Shown: positions 7,978 to 16,714 of the stretch, one piece after another
How the letters are laid out: each line of letters starts with the position of its first letter
Position numbering within the stretch: the first letter of the stretch is position 1
Source: Pseudomonadota bacterium
GTDB lineage: Bacteria; Pseudomonadota; Gammaproteobacteria; Steroidobacterales; Steroidobacteraceae
DNA length: 64,000 nucleotides
NCBI GenBank assembly: GCA_025356815.1
Contig: JANXQL010000028.1
Coordinates: 10,930-74,929, forward strand
Direction of reading: 5' to 3'
Notes under the pieces: model-generated
Database searches by the model: none
Told to the model about the DNA's origin: nothing
Seen by the model: the letters and a program-made list of their open reading frames with translations, nothing else
Translations under genes and position numbers: made by a program

Positions 7978-8002
7978 CAGAACAGAACAGAACAGAACAG
8001 AA
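7978..8002 (+). repeat. Pentanucleotide microsatellite (CAGAA)x5
   Basis: Five perfect tandem CAGAA units counted in the sequence. The tract ends 13 nt before the mtrA ATG at 8016. Confidence 0.95.
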
Positions 8003-8015
8003 GTAGAGGCTTCCG

Positions 8016-8993
8016 ATGCGCGACCACCAACCGACTGCTCGACTGCGTGACTGGGCGCTTGCTGCGTGCCTGACCGCGTTCAGCCTGTTCGGGTCGACGC
8101 CGGCCGGCGCCGCCGAAGGCGCTGCTGGGCCGGCCGCGCCTGCCAAGAGCGCCTACAGCAAGGCTGGCGCCGACACCTGTCTGGACTGCCACGATGAGGC
8201 GGCGGTCGCTGGCATCTTCAAGACGGCACACGGCCGGCCCACCAACGATGCCGGCCCCTTCGGCCATGGGCAGCTGCAGTGCGAAGCCTGCCACGGTCCG
8301 GGCGACCTGCATTCCAACGGCAAGGGCAAGGCGCGGCCGCACCTGATCCAGTACGGCAAGAACGCGCTGACGTCCAAGACGGCGCAGAACGAGCAGTGCC
8401 TGACCTGCCACCGCGACACCGCCGCTCACTGGGGCGGCAATGCGCACGCCGCGAACGACGTGTCCTGCGCCGACTGCCACAAGCTGCACCAGGCGAAGGA
8501 CCCGGTCCGCGAGGTCGCGACCCAGACGGAGGTCTGCACCAGCTGCCACCAGACGCGCAAGTCGGATGCGATGAAGCCATCGCACCATCCGCTGCGCGAG
8601 GGCAAGATGGCCTGCAGCAGCTGTCACGCGCCGCACGGCTCGACGGCGCCTGCGCAGCTGAAGAAGAACTCCGTGAACGAGACGTGCACGAGCTGCCACG
8701 CGGAATATCGCGGGCCGTTCCTGTGGGAGCACGCCCCGGTCGCCGAGGACTGCGCCAACTGTCACCAGCCGCACGGCTCGACTCAGCCGGCAATGCTCAA
8801 GACGCGGGCGCCGTTCCTGTGCCAGCAGTGCCACGAGGTGCAGGGGCACCCCGCGGTCTCGTACACGCCGGATGGTCTGCCGGGCGGCAGCGGCACTCAG
8901 CGCGGCGCGTTCCTGCTCGCCGGTAGCTGCCTCAATTGCCACTCAAAAGTACACGGTTCGAACCATCCCTCCGGCTCGAAACTGATGCGCTGA
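8016..8993 (+). CDS. mtrA: Periplasmic decahaem c-type cytochrome, MtrA/DmsE family (325 aa)
   Basis: Signal peptide ...LFGSTPAGAAEG. Ten CXXCH motifs: CLDCH, CEACH, CLTCH, CADCH, CTSCH, CSSCH, CTSCH, CANCH, CQQCH, CLNCH. Size and position immediately upstream of the barrel gene match MtrA. Confidence 0.9.
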   Translation: MRDHQPTARLRDWALAACLTAFSLFGSTPAGAAEGAAGPAAPAKSAYSKAGADTCLDCHDEAAVAGIFKTAHGRPTNDAGPFGHGQLQCEACHGPGDLHSNGKGKARPHLIQYGKNALTSKTAQNEQCLTCHRDTAAHWGGNAHAANDVSCADCHKLHQAKDPVREVATQTEVCTSCHQTRKSDAMKPSHHPLREGKMACSSCHAPHGSTAPAQLKKNSVNETCTSCHAEYRGPFLWEHAPVAEDCANCHQPHGSTQPAMLKTRAPFLCQQCHEVQGHPAVSYTPDGLPGGSGTQRGAFLLAGSCLNCHSKVHGSNHPSGSKLMR

Positions 8994-9006
8994 GCGGGAG
9001 TCCAGC

Positions 9007-11109
9007 ATGTCACCCCGTCATATGATCAAGTTCTCCATCGCCGCGGTTCTCGCCGCGGCAGCCAGCCAGGCCCTCGCGGACGACGCGGCCGCGCCACCCG
9101 ACACGAGCGGGTGGACGTGTTCCGCCTGCCCGTTCGACAAGGGCCAGCAGGCCGACGTGTCGGCCGGGGCGATCTACGCCGACGGCGCCAACGCGGCCTC
9201 CGGCAGGTTCACGGGCCTGGATCGTCAGTCGACGTTCATCGACCTGGCGGCGCATGGCACCTACGCCAACGACAAGGGCCAGTTCGCGAACTACGCGCTC
9301 GACAACCTCGGGCTCGACTCGCGCAGCGGTTCGGTCAAGTTCGGCCGCTACGGACACTACGACGTCGCGCTGAAGTACGACGGCCAGCCGTTCCGGCGCT
9401 ACGACACGGCCGTCACGCCGTACAGCGGCGGCTCGGCGCAGACGCTGCCCGCCGACTGGACGGCCGCCGGTACGCCCGCTGGCATGACCGGCCTCGATGC
9501 CGCCCTGCACGGGATCGACATCGGCACGCTGCGCAAGACCTACGGCGTCGCCGCGCGCTGGTTCCCCGGCCACGGCCTGCAGCTGTTCGCCTCGTTCGAC
9601 CGCCAGGACAAGAGCGGCACGCAGCTCGTGGGCGCGAGTTTCCTGACGCAGTCGGTGCAGTTGGCGGCGCCGGTCAACTACAAGACGGACACCCTCGAGG
9701 TCGGCGTGGCCTGGTCGGGCCATGGCACGGCCTGGCGCTTTTCCGCGTCGGACTCCAAGTTCCGCAACGACGATCCGCTGCTGACCTTCCAAAGCCCGTA
9801 CCTTTCGTTCTTCGAGGGCGTTCCCACCGGCACAATTGGTGGCCTGTCGCGGCCGCCGGAAAACGAGGCGCGCAGCTGGAACTTCACGGCCAGCGCCGCG
9901 CTGCCGATGAATACCTCCGCCTCTATGGTGATGGGCTCGAGCACCCTGCTGCAGTCGGCGGCGCTGCTGCCGGTGACCGCGCAGCCGGACGCGCTGCCGC
10001 CGAGCGAGGCGTTCGATGGCAACGTGCGACTGACGCATTTCGCGGCGACCGTCGGCTCGCGCCCCTGGTCGCGACTGCACCTGCACGGCCGGGCCGCCTA
10101 CGACGAACGTTCCGATCACGGCACCACGTTGGCCCTGACGCAGTACCTGACAGATCTGGTCGCAGGTCCCACCGTCACGACGCCGCGCTTCGACTTCCAG
10201 CGCATTCGCCTGGACGGCGGCGCGGATGTGCGCGTGTCGTCCTCGACGACCATCGGCATCGCCGCTGATCGGGTCGAGATCGACCGCACGCAGCAGCTGG
10301 TCGCGCACACCGAGGATGGGCGGACCTACGGCCGGGTGAAGTGGACGCCGGGCGGCGGCTTTGCAGTCACGCTCAAGGGTGGCGCGGCGCATCGCGACGC
10401 GCGCGGAGTGAACCTGAGCTACCTACCGGTGGGACAGAACCCGCTTTTGAGCATGTTCAACCTGTCCAACCGGGATCGTGAGTTCGGCGACATCGACGTC
10501 GTCTGGAGCCCGGGCGAGAAGCTGTCGATCACGCTGCAGGCGTCGGCCAACAACGACCACTACGGCCGCTCGGTGCTCGGCCTGCTCGACGGCAAGGAGC
10601 GCCGCGGCGCGGCGAACATCAGCTGGACGCCGAACGAGAAGGTGTCGTTCTACGTCGATGCCGGCTACCAGACCCGCAACACGCTGCAGGCCGGCGCCTA
10701 CAGCCCGTCGTCGGCCACTTGGCAGGCGGAGATCCGGGACCGGTTCCGCAACCTCGGTGCGGGCCTGAAGTACACCAACGAGAAGTGGAACTACGCGATC
10801 GACGTCGCGCACGCGACTTCGGTCGGCGAGACCAGCTCGGGCCTCGTCAATGGGCTCGCGCAGTTCCCGGACCTGAACGCAACCTATGACAACGCGCGCG
10901 TGTCGGTGGGCTACGCCGCGACCGAGCGGCTGGCCGTGAGGGTGCGGTACGTGTACCAGAACTACTCATCGCTGGACTGGGCGCTGGACGGCGTCGGCCC
11001 CGCCACGGCCAACAACCTGCTGGCGATGGGCGTGGGTCCGGACCACTACAACGCCAGCATTTTCGGTTTAAGCTTCACCTACAGGTACGGCACGCCCGCA
11101 TCGCCCTGA
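9007..11109 (+). CDS. mtrB: Decahaem-associated outer-membrane beta-barrel, MtrB/PioB family (700 aa)
   Basis: Signal peptide ...ASQALADD. N-terminal WTCSACPF (CXXC) motif. Long alternating beta-strand-like sequence ending in an aromatic-rich C-terminus (FGLSFTYRYG). 13 nt after mtrA. Confidence 0.85.
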   Translation: MSPRHMIKFSIAAVLAAAASQALADDAAAPPDTSGWTCSACPFDKGQQADVSAGAIYADGANAASGRFTGLDRQSTFIDLAAHGTYANDKGQFANYALDNLGLDSRSGSVKFGRYGHYDVALKYDGQPFRRYDTAVTPYSGGSAQTLPADWTAAGTPAGMTGLDAALHGIDIGTLRKTYGVAARWFPGHGLQLFASFDRQDKSGTQLVGASFLTQSVQLAAPVNYKTDTLEVGVAWSGHGTAWRFSASDSKFRNDDPLLTFQSPYLSFFEGVPTGTIGGLSRPPENEARSWNFTASAALPMNTSASMVMGSSTLLQSAALLPVTAQPDALPPSEAFDGNVRLTHFAATVGSRPWSRLHLHGRAAYDERSDHGTTLALTQYLTDLVAGPTVTTPRFDFQRIRLDGGADVRVSSSTTIGIAADRVEIDRTQQLVAHTEDGRTYGRVKWTPGGGFAVTLKGGAAHRDARGVNLSYLPVGQNPLLSMFNLSNRDREFGDIDVVWSPGEKLSITLQASANNDHYGRSVLGLLDGKERRGAANISWTPNEKVSFYVDAGYQTRNTLQAGAYSPSSATWQAEIRDRFRNLGAGLKYTNEKWNYAIDVAHATSVGETSSGLVNGLAQFPDLNATYDNARVSVGYAATERLAVRVRYVYQNYSSLDWALDGVGPATANNLLAMGVGPDHYNASIFGLSFTYRYGTPASP

Positions 11110-11122
11110 ACGGAACTCAGCT

Positions 11123-12094
11123 ATGGATAGCGCTGCCCGGGTTTCAGATGGACCTACATCGGCGGAACTCGGGGGGCCCGGCCTGCCAGCCGCGCTCAGG
11201 CGGGCGTTCCTTGCGTCCCGCCCCAAGTTCTTCACCGCCTCGGTGCTGCCCGTGCTGGTCGGCACCGCCTGGGCGGGCGCGGCCGATCATGCATTCAACG
11301 GGCTGACGTTCGCGCTCGCGTTGCTCGCGACGGTGCTCGCGCATGCCGCGACCAACGTCTACAACGACGTCGGCGACGACCTCAACGGCACGGACCCTGC
11401 CAACGTCGGCCGCATCCATCCCTATACCGGCGGTTCGCGCTTTATCCAGAACGGGATCTTCAGCCGCGCGCAGATGCTGCGGCTCGCCGTCGTGCTGACG
11501 CTGCTCGCGCTCGCGGTGGGGGCGTGGCTGACGCTGCTGCGCGGGCCGGGCGTGCTGATGCTGGGACTCGCCGGGCTCGGGCTCGGACTGTTCTACTCGC
11601 AGCCTGGCGTGCAGCTGTCCGGACGCGGCAGCGGTGAGCTTGCCTGCGCCATCGGCCTCGGGGTCCTGCCGGTCGCGGGCGCCGCCTGGCTGCAGTCCGG
11701 CGTCGTCGATCCCGGTGCGTGGCTGCTCGGCACGATCGTCGCCGTCTGGGTTTGCCTGATCCTGCTGATCAACGAGGTGCCGGACTCCGTCGCTGACGCC
11801 GCCGCCGGCAAGCGCACGCTCGCGGTGCGCCTGGGCGAAGCGGGTACGGTGGTGCTCTATCGAGCGCTGACACTGTGCGCGCTCGGCGCGGGCGTTGCGC
11901 TCGTCGTGCGCCGCGACGTGCCGATCTGGGCGGCGCTGCCGCTGCTGCTGCTGGCGGCGGCGGGGCTCAAGGCGGCGGGCGGGATCTCGCTCGCGCCAGC
12001 GCATCGCGCAGGCCTGACCCGGTCGATCGAGATGACCCTCGGCATCCACGCCGTCGGCAGCCTGGTGCTGGTCGCGGCTGCGCTGCTGCGCTAG
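11123..12094 (+). CDS. UbiA-superfamily prenyltransferase, MenA-like (1,4-dihydroxy-2-naphthoate prenyltransferase family)
   Basis: Polytopic membrane protein. First Asp-rich motif NVYNDVGDDLNGTD (compare MenA NDYGDxxxGxD). Second motif NEVPDSVADAAAGKRTLAVRLGE (compare MenA NNxRDxxxDxxxGKxTLxVRLG). 13 nt after mtrB on the same strand. Confidence 0.65.
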   Translation: MDSAARVSDGPTSAELGGPGLPAALRRAFLASRPKFFTASVLPVLVGTAWAGAADHAFNGLTFALALLATVLAHAATNVYNDVGDDLNGTDPANVGRIHPYTGGSRFIQNGIFSRAQMLRLAVVLTLLALAVGAWLTLLRGPGVLMLGLAGLGLGLFYSQPGVQLSGRGSGELACAIGLGVLPVAGAAWLQSGVVDPGAWLLGTIVAVWVCLILLINEVPDSVADAAAGKRTLAVRLGEAGTVVLYRALTLCALGAGVALVVRRDVPIWAALPLLLLAAAGLKAAGGISLAPAHRAGLTRSIEMTLGIHAVGSLVLVAAALLR

Positions 12095-12103
12095 CGTGCG
12101 TTG

Positions 12104-13246
12104 CTAGTCCAGCGCACGGGCGACGGCGGCGAAGAACGCGGTGTCCTCGACCACGTGCGCGTCGGAGGGCTTGGGTCGCGCGCACAGCGCGACGATCGCG
12201 AGGCGCCTCGCCGGATGCAGGTAGATCCGCTGGCCGAAGATCCCCATCGCGAGGAACGCACCCTCGTGCAGCGGATCGCTCGACGCCGGCAGCCACCACT
12301 GGTAGCCATAGTCGCGTCGCACGCCGTGGCGCGCGACGCGTGAGGTCGACTCCGCGAACCAGCCCTCGCGCACGACGCGGGTGGTGCCGACGCAGCCGTC
12401 GTCGAGGACGAACTGTGCGAAGCGCGCGTAGTCGCGCAGCGTGGCCGACAGCCCGCTGCCGCCGATCGTCGCGCCGCCCGCCGACTCGAGCCACCAGGCC
12501 GCGTCGGCGTTCATGCCCGCCGGCGACCACAGCCGCTCGCTCAGGAAGCGCCAGAGCGGTGCACCGACGGCCGCCTCCAATGCGGCACCGGCGAGATAGG
12601 TCTCGCCGGTGTTGTAGTTGAAGACGCTGCCCGGCGCATGCGCGCGCGGCCTCTCGCCCATCATGCGCAGCAGGCTGCCGGGCTCGCCTGCGATCTGCAG
12701 CTTGAGGAAGCGCCGGCGCTCCGAAGCGGGGTTGGTGTAGGTCTCGTCCCACGCGACGCCCGAGGCCATCTCCAGGACCTGGCGCAGCGATACGTCGCGG
12801 TAGGCGCTGGCGGCGAGCGCCGGCAGATAGCGTGCGATTGGGTCATCGAGGCGGCCCAGCAGGCCGTCGTGCAGGGCCGCGCCGTACAGCGTCGAGCAGA
12901 CCGATTTTGCGAGCGAGAACGACGCGAAGCGATCGCCCGGTGCAAGTCCCAGCTCGTAGTCCTCGCGGACGATCGCGCCGTCCTTGAGCACCAGCAGGCC
13001 TGCGACACGGTTGTAGGCGAGGTAGTCGGCCAGGTCATAGCGGCGGCCGTCGCTTGCGATCTCGACCGAGTCGAGCCGGTGTGACGAGGTGCTCAGGCGC
13101 TCTGGCGTCGCGCCGCAGGCGACGATCGCGACCGGGAACAGCGTATCGAGGCGCTTGAGCGTCGCCACCAGCCGGTCGGGCGTGAGCGTGCCGGCGTAGA
13201 GGCTGCGGATCAGGGCGGCACGCGCCGTGGCAGCGGACTCTTGCAT
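12104..13246 (-). CDS. Serine hydrolase, beta-lactamase/PBP4*-like family
   Basis: 380 aa from the internal ATG of ORF 12104..13906: MQESAATARAAL.... SxxK motif in FSLAKS. The upstream part of the track ORF is antisense to the methyltransferase gene and was discarded. Confidence 0.75.
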   Translation of the reverse strand: MQESAATARAALIRSLYAGTLTPDRLVATLKRLDTLFPVAIVACGATPERLSTSSHRLDSVEIASDGRRYDLADYLAYNRVAGLLVLKDGAIVREDYELGLAPGDRFASFSLAKSVCSTLYGAALHDGLLGRLDDPIARYLPALAASAYRDVSLRQVLEMASGVAWDETYTNPASERRRFLKLQIAGEPGSLLRMMGERPRAHAPGSVFNYNTGETYLAGAALEAAVGAPLWRFLSERLWSPAGMNADAAWWLESAGGATIGGSGLSATLRDYARFAQFVLDDGCVGTTRVVREGWFAESTSRVARHGVRRDYGYQWWLPASSDPLHEGAFLAMGIFGQRIYLHPARRLAIVALCARPKPSDAHVVEDTAFFAAVARALD

Positions 13247-13360
13247 GGAACGCGATGTTACCCGAGCCGCCGCGCCATCGGCGGCCAGCGCTGGGCGCGA
13301 CCCGCCCGTGTGGCATGCTGGCACCGCCCGCTCACCGCGGGTGACCCGACCGGATGCTCC

Positions 13361-13960
13361 ATGGCCCGCGCGCCCACCGATTTCGACGAAGCGTTCTTCG
13401 AGCGCTATTACGGCGATCCCGCCACGCGCGTGGCCGATCGCGGCGACGCCGAACGACTCGCCGGCCTGATCGCGGGGGTGCTGCATTATCTGGAACTGCC
13501 GGTGCGTCGCATCCTCGACGCCGGCTGTGGCACGGGGTTGCTGCGCGAGCCGCTCGAGCGCCTTTTCCCGAAGGCGCGCTACGAGGGACTCGAGGTCAGC
13601 CCGTACCTGTGTCGGCGCCACGGCTGGCTGCAGGGCTCGCTCGCCGATCACGTGGCCCGCCAGCCGTACGACCTGGTCGTCTGCCACGACGTGCTGCAGT
13701 ACCTGGACGACGCCTCGGCCGCGCGGGCGATCAAGAACCTCGCCCGCCTGAGCCGCGGGGCGCTGTACCTGAGCGTGCTGACCCGGCGCGACTGGCGCCA
13801 CGCCGCCGACCAGTCGCGGACCGACCGCGGCGTCCACCTGCGGGACGTCGACTGGTACCGCCGCCGGCTGCGGCGCGGCTTTCACCACGTCGCCGCCGGC
13901 GTGCACCTGTCACGGACGCTGGAGCCGATCCTGTGGGAGCTCGAGACGCCCTGGAAATAG
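13361..13960 (+). CDS. Class I SAM-dependent methyltransferase
   Basis: MARAPTDFDEAFFERYYG.... Motif I ILDAGCGTGLL. Internal ATG of ORF 13241..13960. Confidence 0.75.
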   Translation: MARAPTDFDEAFFERYYGDPATRVADRGDAERLAGLIAGVLHYLELPVRRILDAGCGTGLLREPLERLFPKARYEGLEVSPYLCRRHGWLQGSLADHVARQPYDLVVCHDVLQYLDDASAARAIKNLARLSRGALYLSVLTRRDWRHAADQSRTDRGVHLRDVDWYRRRLRRGFHHVAAGVHLSRTLEPILWELETPWK

Positions 13961-14061
13961 GGCGATGTCACGCCGCACTCCCTGCCCCGGCCACTAGACG
14001 CTACAATCGCCCGGCGCCACCACCGTACCTGTCCACAATGTGCTCACCCAGGGGGATCCGC

Positions 14062-14487
14062 ATGCTCTTCTCCTCGAACCTCGCAGGCCGCAAGGCCGGC
14101 CTCGTCCTCGTCACGGCCGTCGTCGTCACCCTCGCCGGCTGCAGCGGAGGTGAAGAGTCGGTGCCGCTGATCAAGACCTCGATCAAGGTCCAGTCGATCA
14201 CCCAGCAGGGCAACTGCGAGGATGTGAACGTCAAGGTCACGCCGGTCGCGATTCTGCCGGGTGCGCCGAAGATGTCGAACTCCAAGGAGTTCGTGACCCC
14301 GGTGAAGCTGACCAAGGGCGCCGACGGCGTCTCCTGCACCGGCGACGCCTCCACCATCCCAATGGCGCCGGGCAAGTGGAAGTTCACGGCGAACCTGCCG
14401 TCGGAGAACGCGAGCTGCGAGCGCGACGTCGCCGCGGCCGGCCAGTCCACGGTTGCGTTCAAGGACGCCGAGACGGGCTGCTCCTGA
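14062..14487 (+). CDS. Small lipoprotein, unknown function
   Basis: MLFSSNLAGRKAGLVLVTAVVVTLAGCSGG lipobox; 141 aa. Followed by a terminator-like hairpin. Confidence 0.6.
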   Translation: MLFSSNLAGRKAGLVLVTAVVVTLAGCSGGEESVPLIKTSIKVQSITQQGNCEDVNVKVTPVAILPGAPKMSNSKEFVTPVKLTKGADGVSCTGDASTIPMAPGKWKFTANLPSENASCERDVAAAGQSTVAFKDAETGCS

Positions 14488-14502
14488 TCCTGGTTTTCGG
14501 GG

Positions 14503-14536
14503 CGGGCCGGCCCTTGGCGGCCGGCCCGGTTTCGTT
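14503..14536 (+). terminator. Rho-independent terminator candidate
   Basis: CGGGCCGGCC (14503-14512) pairs with GGCCGGCCCG (14519-14528) across a 6-nt loop, followed by GTTTCGTT. 16 nt after the lipoprotein stop. Confidence 0.55.
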
Positions 14537-14598
14537 GGCCGGCCCTCGCTCGGTGACAGAGCGATAAATCAACGACCGATCGTGCTAAAATCGCCCTC

Positions 14599-15198
14599 AT
14601 GGCCAAGGGAGCACGGACGCGCGCGACGATTCTGAGGGTGGCCGCCGAGACCGCGAGCCTCGGTGGCGTCGCCCGCCTCAACCTGCAGCCGCTCGCCGAC
14701 CGCGTCGGCATGACCAAGAGCGGCCTGTACGCCCACTTCGGTTCGAAGCAGGCGCTGCAGCTGGCAACCCTCGAATACGCCACCGAACTCTTCCAGGCGA
14801 TCGTCGTGGCACCCGCCAAAACCGAGGCGGCCGGCCTCCCGCGGCTTGCCGGCATCTACGAACGATGGTTGGGATGGCCGGCCAACGCGGGCCTACCCGG
14901 GCAGTGCCCGTTCCTCGCTGCGGCGGTGGAGTTCGACGAGGGCGAGGGCCCGCTGCGCGAGCGCCTGACGCGGCTGTTCCGCGATTTCCGCGGCGTCATC
15001 GAGCAACTGGCGGCGTCGGCCGTGCGCCACGGCCATCTGCCGGCCAGCACCGACGCGGCGCAGTTCGCGCACGAGCTGCTCGCGCTGCGCTACGCGCACC
15101 AGTGGGCGGCGGGATTCATGCGCGACCCCGCCGCGCTGGAGCGTGCGCGCGCCGGCTTCGCCCGGCTGGCCTCGAGGGCGCCGCCTCAGCGGCCGTAG
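14599..15198 (+). CDS. TetR/AcrR-family transcriptional regulator
   Basis: N-terminal HTH RATILRVAAETASLGGVARLNLQPLADRVGMTKSGLYAHFGSKQAL. Confidence 0.85.
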   Translation: MAKGARTRATILRVAAETASLGGVARLNLQPLADRVGMTKSGLYAHFGSKQALQLATLEYATELFQAIVVAPAKTEAAGLPRLAGIYERWLGWPANAGLPGQCPFLAAAVEFDEGEGPLRERLTRLFRDFRGVIEQLAASAVRHGHLPASTDAAQFAHELLALRYAHQWAAGFMRDPAALERARAGFARLASRAPPQRP

Positions 15199-15740
15199 TA
15201 GACGGTGAAGCTCGCCCGCTCGAGCTTGTTCGCGTTGAGCATGAAGCCGACCATCGCCGCGGTGGACGCCGGCTCGGCGCCGAGCTTGTCGAGCTTGAGC
15301 GCATACAGCGTGAACACGTAGCGATGGGGCTTGTCGCCGGCCGGCGGGCACGGCCCGCCGAAGCCTGCCTTGCCGAAATCCGTGTTGGTCTGCACGGCGC
15401 CCTTGGGCGCCTTGCCGCTGGCCGGGTCGCCCGCCCCCGCCGGCAGTGCGCTGGTTGTCGCCGGGATGTCGAACATGACCCAGTGCCACCAGCCGCTGCC
15501 GGTCGGCGCGTCCGGATCGTACACGGTCAGTGCGAAGCTCTTGGTGCCGGCCGGCGCGCCGCTCCAGGCGAGCGCAGGCGAGGTGTTGCCACCGCTGCAG
15601 CCGAAGCCGTTGAACACGTGGCGAGCCTCGAAACGGCCGCCGGGCGTGAGCTCGGTGCTGGATAGCGAGAAGTCGGCGGCGCCGGCGATGGCGGGCAGCG
15701 CGCCGAGCATTATCAGGGCGAGGCGGGGCAGGTGCGTCAT
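15186..15740 (-). CDS. YbhB/YbcL-family (PEBP / Raf-kinase-inhibitor-like) periplasmic protein
   Basis: Signal peptide MTHLPRLALIMLGALPAIAGA. DPDAPTGSGWWHWVMFDIP and GGPCPPAGDKPHRYVFTLYAL motifs. GGAG Shine-Dalgarno upstream of the ATG at 15740. Confidence 0.85.
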   Translation of the reverse strand: MTHLPRLALIMLGALPAIAGAADFSLSSTELTPGGRFEARHVFNGFGCSGGNTSPALAWSGAPAGTKSFALTVYDPDAPTGSGWWHWVMFDIPATTSALPAGAGDPASGKAPKGAVQTNTDFGKAGFGGPCPPAGDKPHRYVFTLYALKLDKLGAEPASTAAMVGFMLNANKLERASFTVYYGR

Positions 15741-15851
15741 CGGTGTCTCCCTGGCCATCACGGCAACGACACCGAGTCTAGCAGTGGCGTCGCGCGAGCG
15801 GGCGTCACGCGATTGAGCGATAATGGCGGACTGTCAGGGGGCTCTGTCGAC

Positions 15852-16502
15852 GTGCATTTTTCCGCCAGGTTGCTGCCGTTGATCGCGCTCGCGACGCTGC
15901 TTGCTGGCTGTGGCGAGCGACGCTGGTCCGTTCCCCATGCCCCCACGCTCGGCTGGCGGCGTGCCGACGAGCCGCGTCTGCCGATGCGCATCGCGTCGGA
16001 CCTCGTGCTCAAGCGCATCCAGTTCGGCGTGCTCCAGACCAGCGCCGACGGCGAGGAACACTTCAGCGCCGCGCAGGAACTGCCCGCCGAAGACGGCCAG
16101 GTCTTCGGCTGGGTGCTCGAGGTCGATACGACCCGGCCTTCGGTCCGTTGGCAGGAGCACCTGCGCCTGCCGCGCGCACCGACCGACTGGGGCGAGGTCG
16201 CGACCGACCCGGACGTGCTGCTGTCACGCGATGGTGCGAGCGCCATGGCGCAGGGCGAGGAGCTGGTCGAGGACGGCTCGCTGTCACGGTTCTACTGGTC
16301 GCTGGCAGCCGGCGACCCGGCGGGCGACTACGAGATCGACCTCGCAGTCGAGGGGCACCCGGTCGCGCACTTTGTGTTCAAGGTGCCCTCGCCGGTGCAG
16401 GAGAAGGCGATCCTGGTGAAGAACGGCGGCGCGCGCCACGAGCGCCTGTTCGCCCACATGATGCCGGCGCTGTCCGGCGGTGGAGCCACGCGATGGAGAT
16501 GA
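15852..16502 (+). CDS. Hypothetical lipoprotein
   Basis: GTG start gives VHFSARLLPLIALATLLAGCGERRW (lipobox). G/C-rich third positions. No recognised domain. Confidence 0.5.
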   Translation: MHFSARLLPLIALATLLAGCGERRWSVPHAPTLGWRRADEPRLPMRIASDLVLKRIQFGVLQTSADGEEHFSAAQELPAEDGQVFGWVLEVDTTRPSVRWQEHLRLPRAPTDWGEVATDPDVLLSRDGASAMAQGEELVEDGSLSRFYWSLAAGDPAGDYEIDLAVEGHPVAHFVFKVPSPVQEKAILVKNGGARHERLFAHMMPALSGGGATRWR

Positions 16503-16705
16503 AGCGGGTCAGTGCCGGCAGCCTGCGGGCGATCGGCTACGACGAGTCGAACCGGCTGCTGCGCGTCGAACTGGGCAACGGCACCCTGGTGGAGTACTCG
16601 GGCGTGTCGTCGGACACCTGGCGGCGGTTCTCGTCCTCGTCCTCGATGTGGAGTTTCTTCCGCGACAACATCGAGGAAAACTACTCCGAGCGCCAGGTTC
16701 GCTGA
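16493..16705 (+). CDS. KTSC domain-containing protein (70 aa)
   Basis: MEMKRVSAGSLRAIGYDESNRLLRVELGNGTLVEYSGVSSDTWRRF matches the KTSC pattern as remembered. Overlaps the upstream gene by 10 nt. Confidence 0.7.
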   Translation: MEMKRVSAGSLRAIGYDESNRLLRVELGNGTLVEYSGVSSDTWRRFSSSSSMWSFFRDNIEENYSERQVR

Positions 16706-16714
16706 GGCGCCGCA

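Noticed and set aside
5249-8146. 965-aa minus-strand ORF
   Set aside because: It is antisense to the second cytochrome gene, for the same reasons as above.
12104-13906. Full 600-aa extent of the serine hydrolase ORF
   Set aside because: The first 220 residues have no hydrolase similarity and are antisense to the methyltransferase gene. The internal ATG at 13246 gives a normal-length enzyme.
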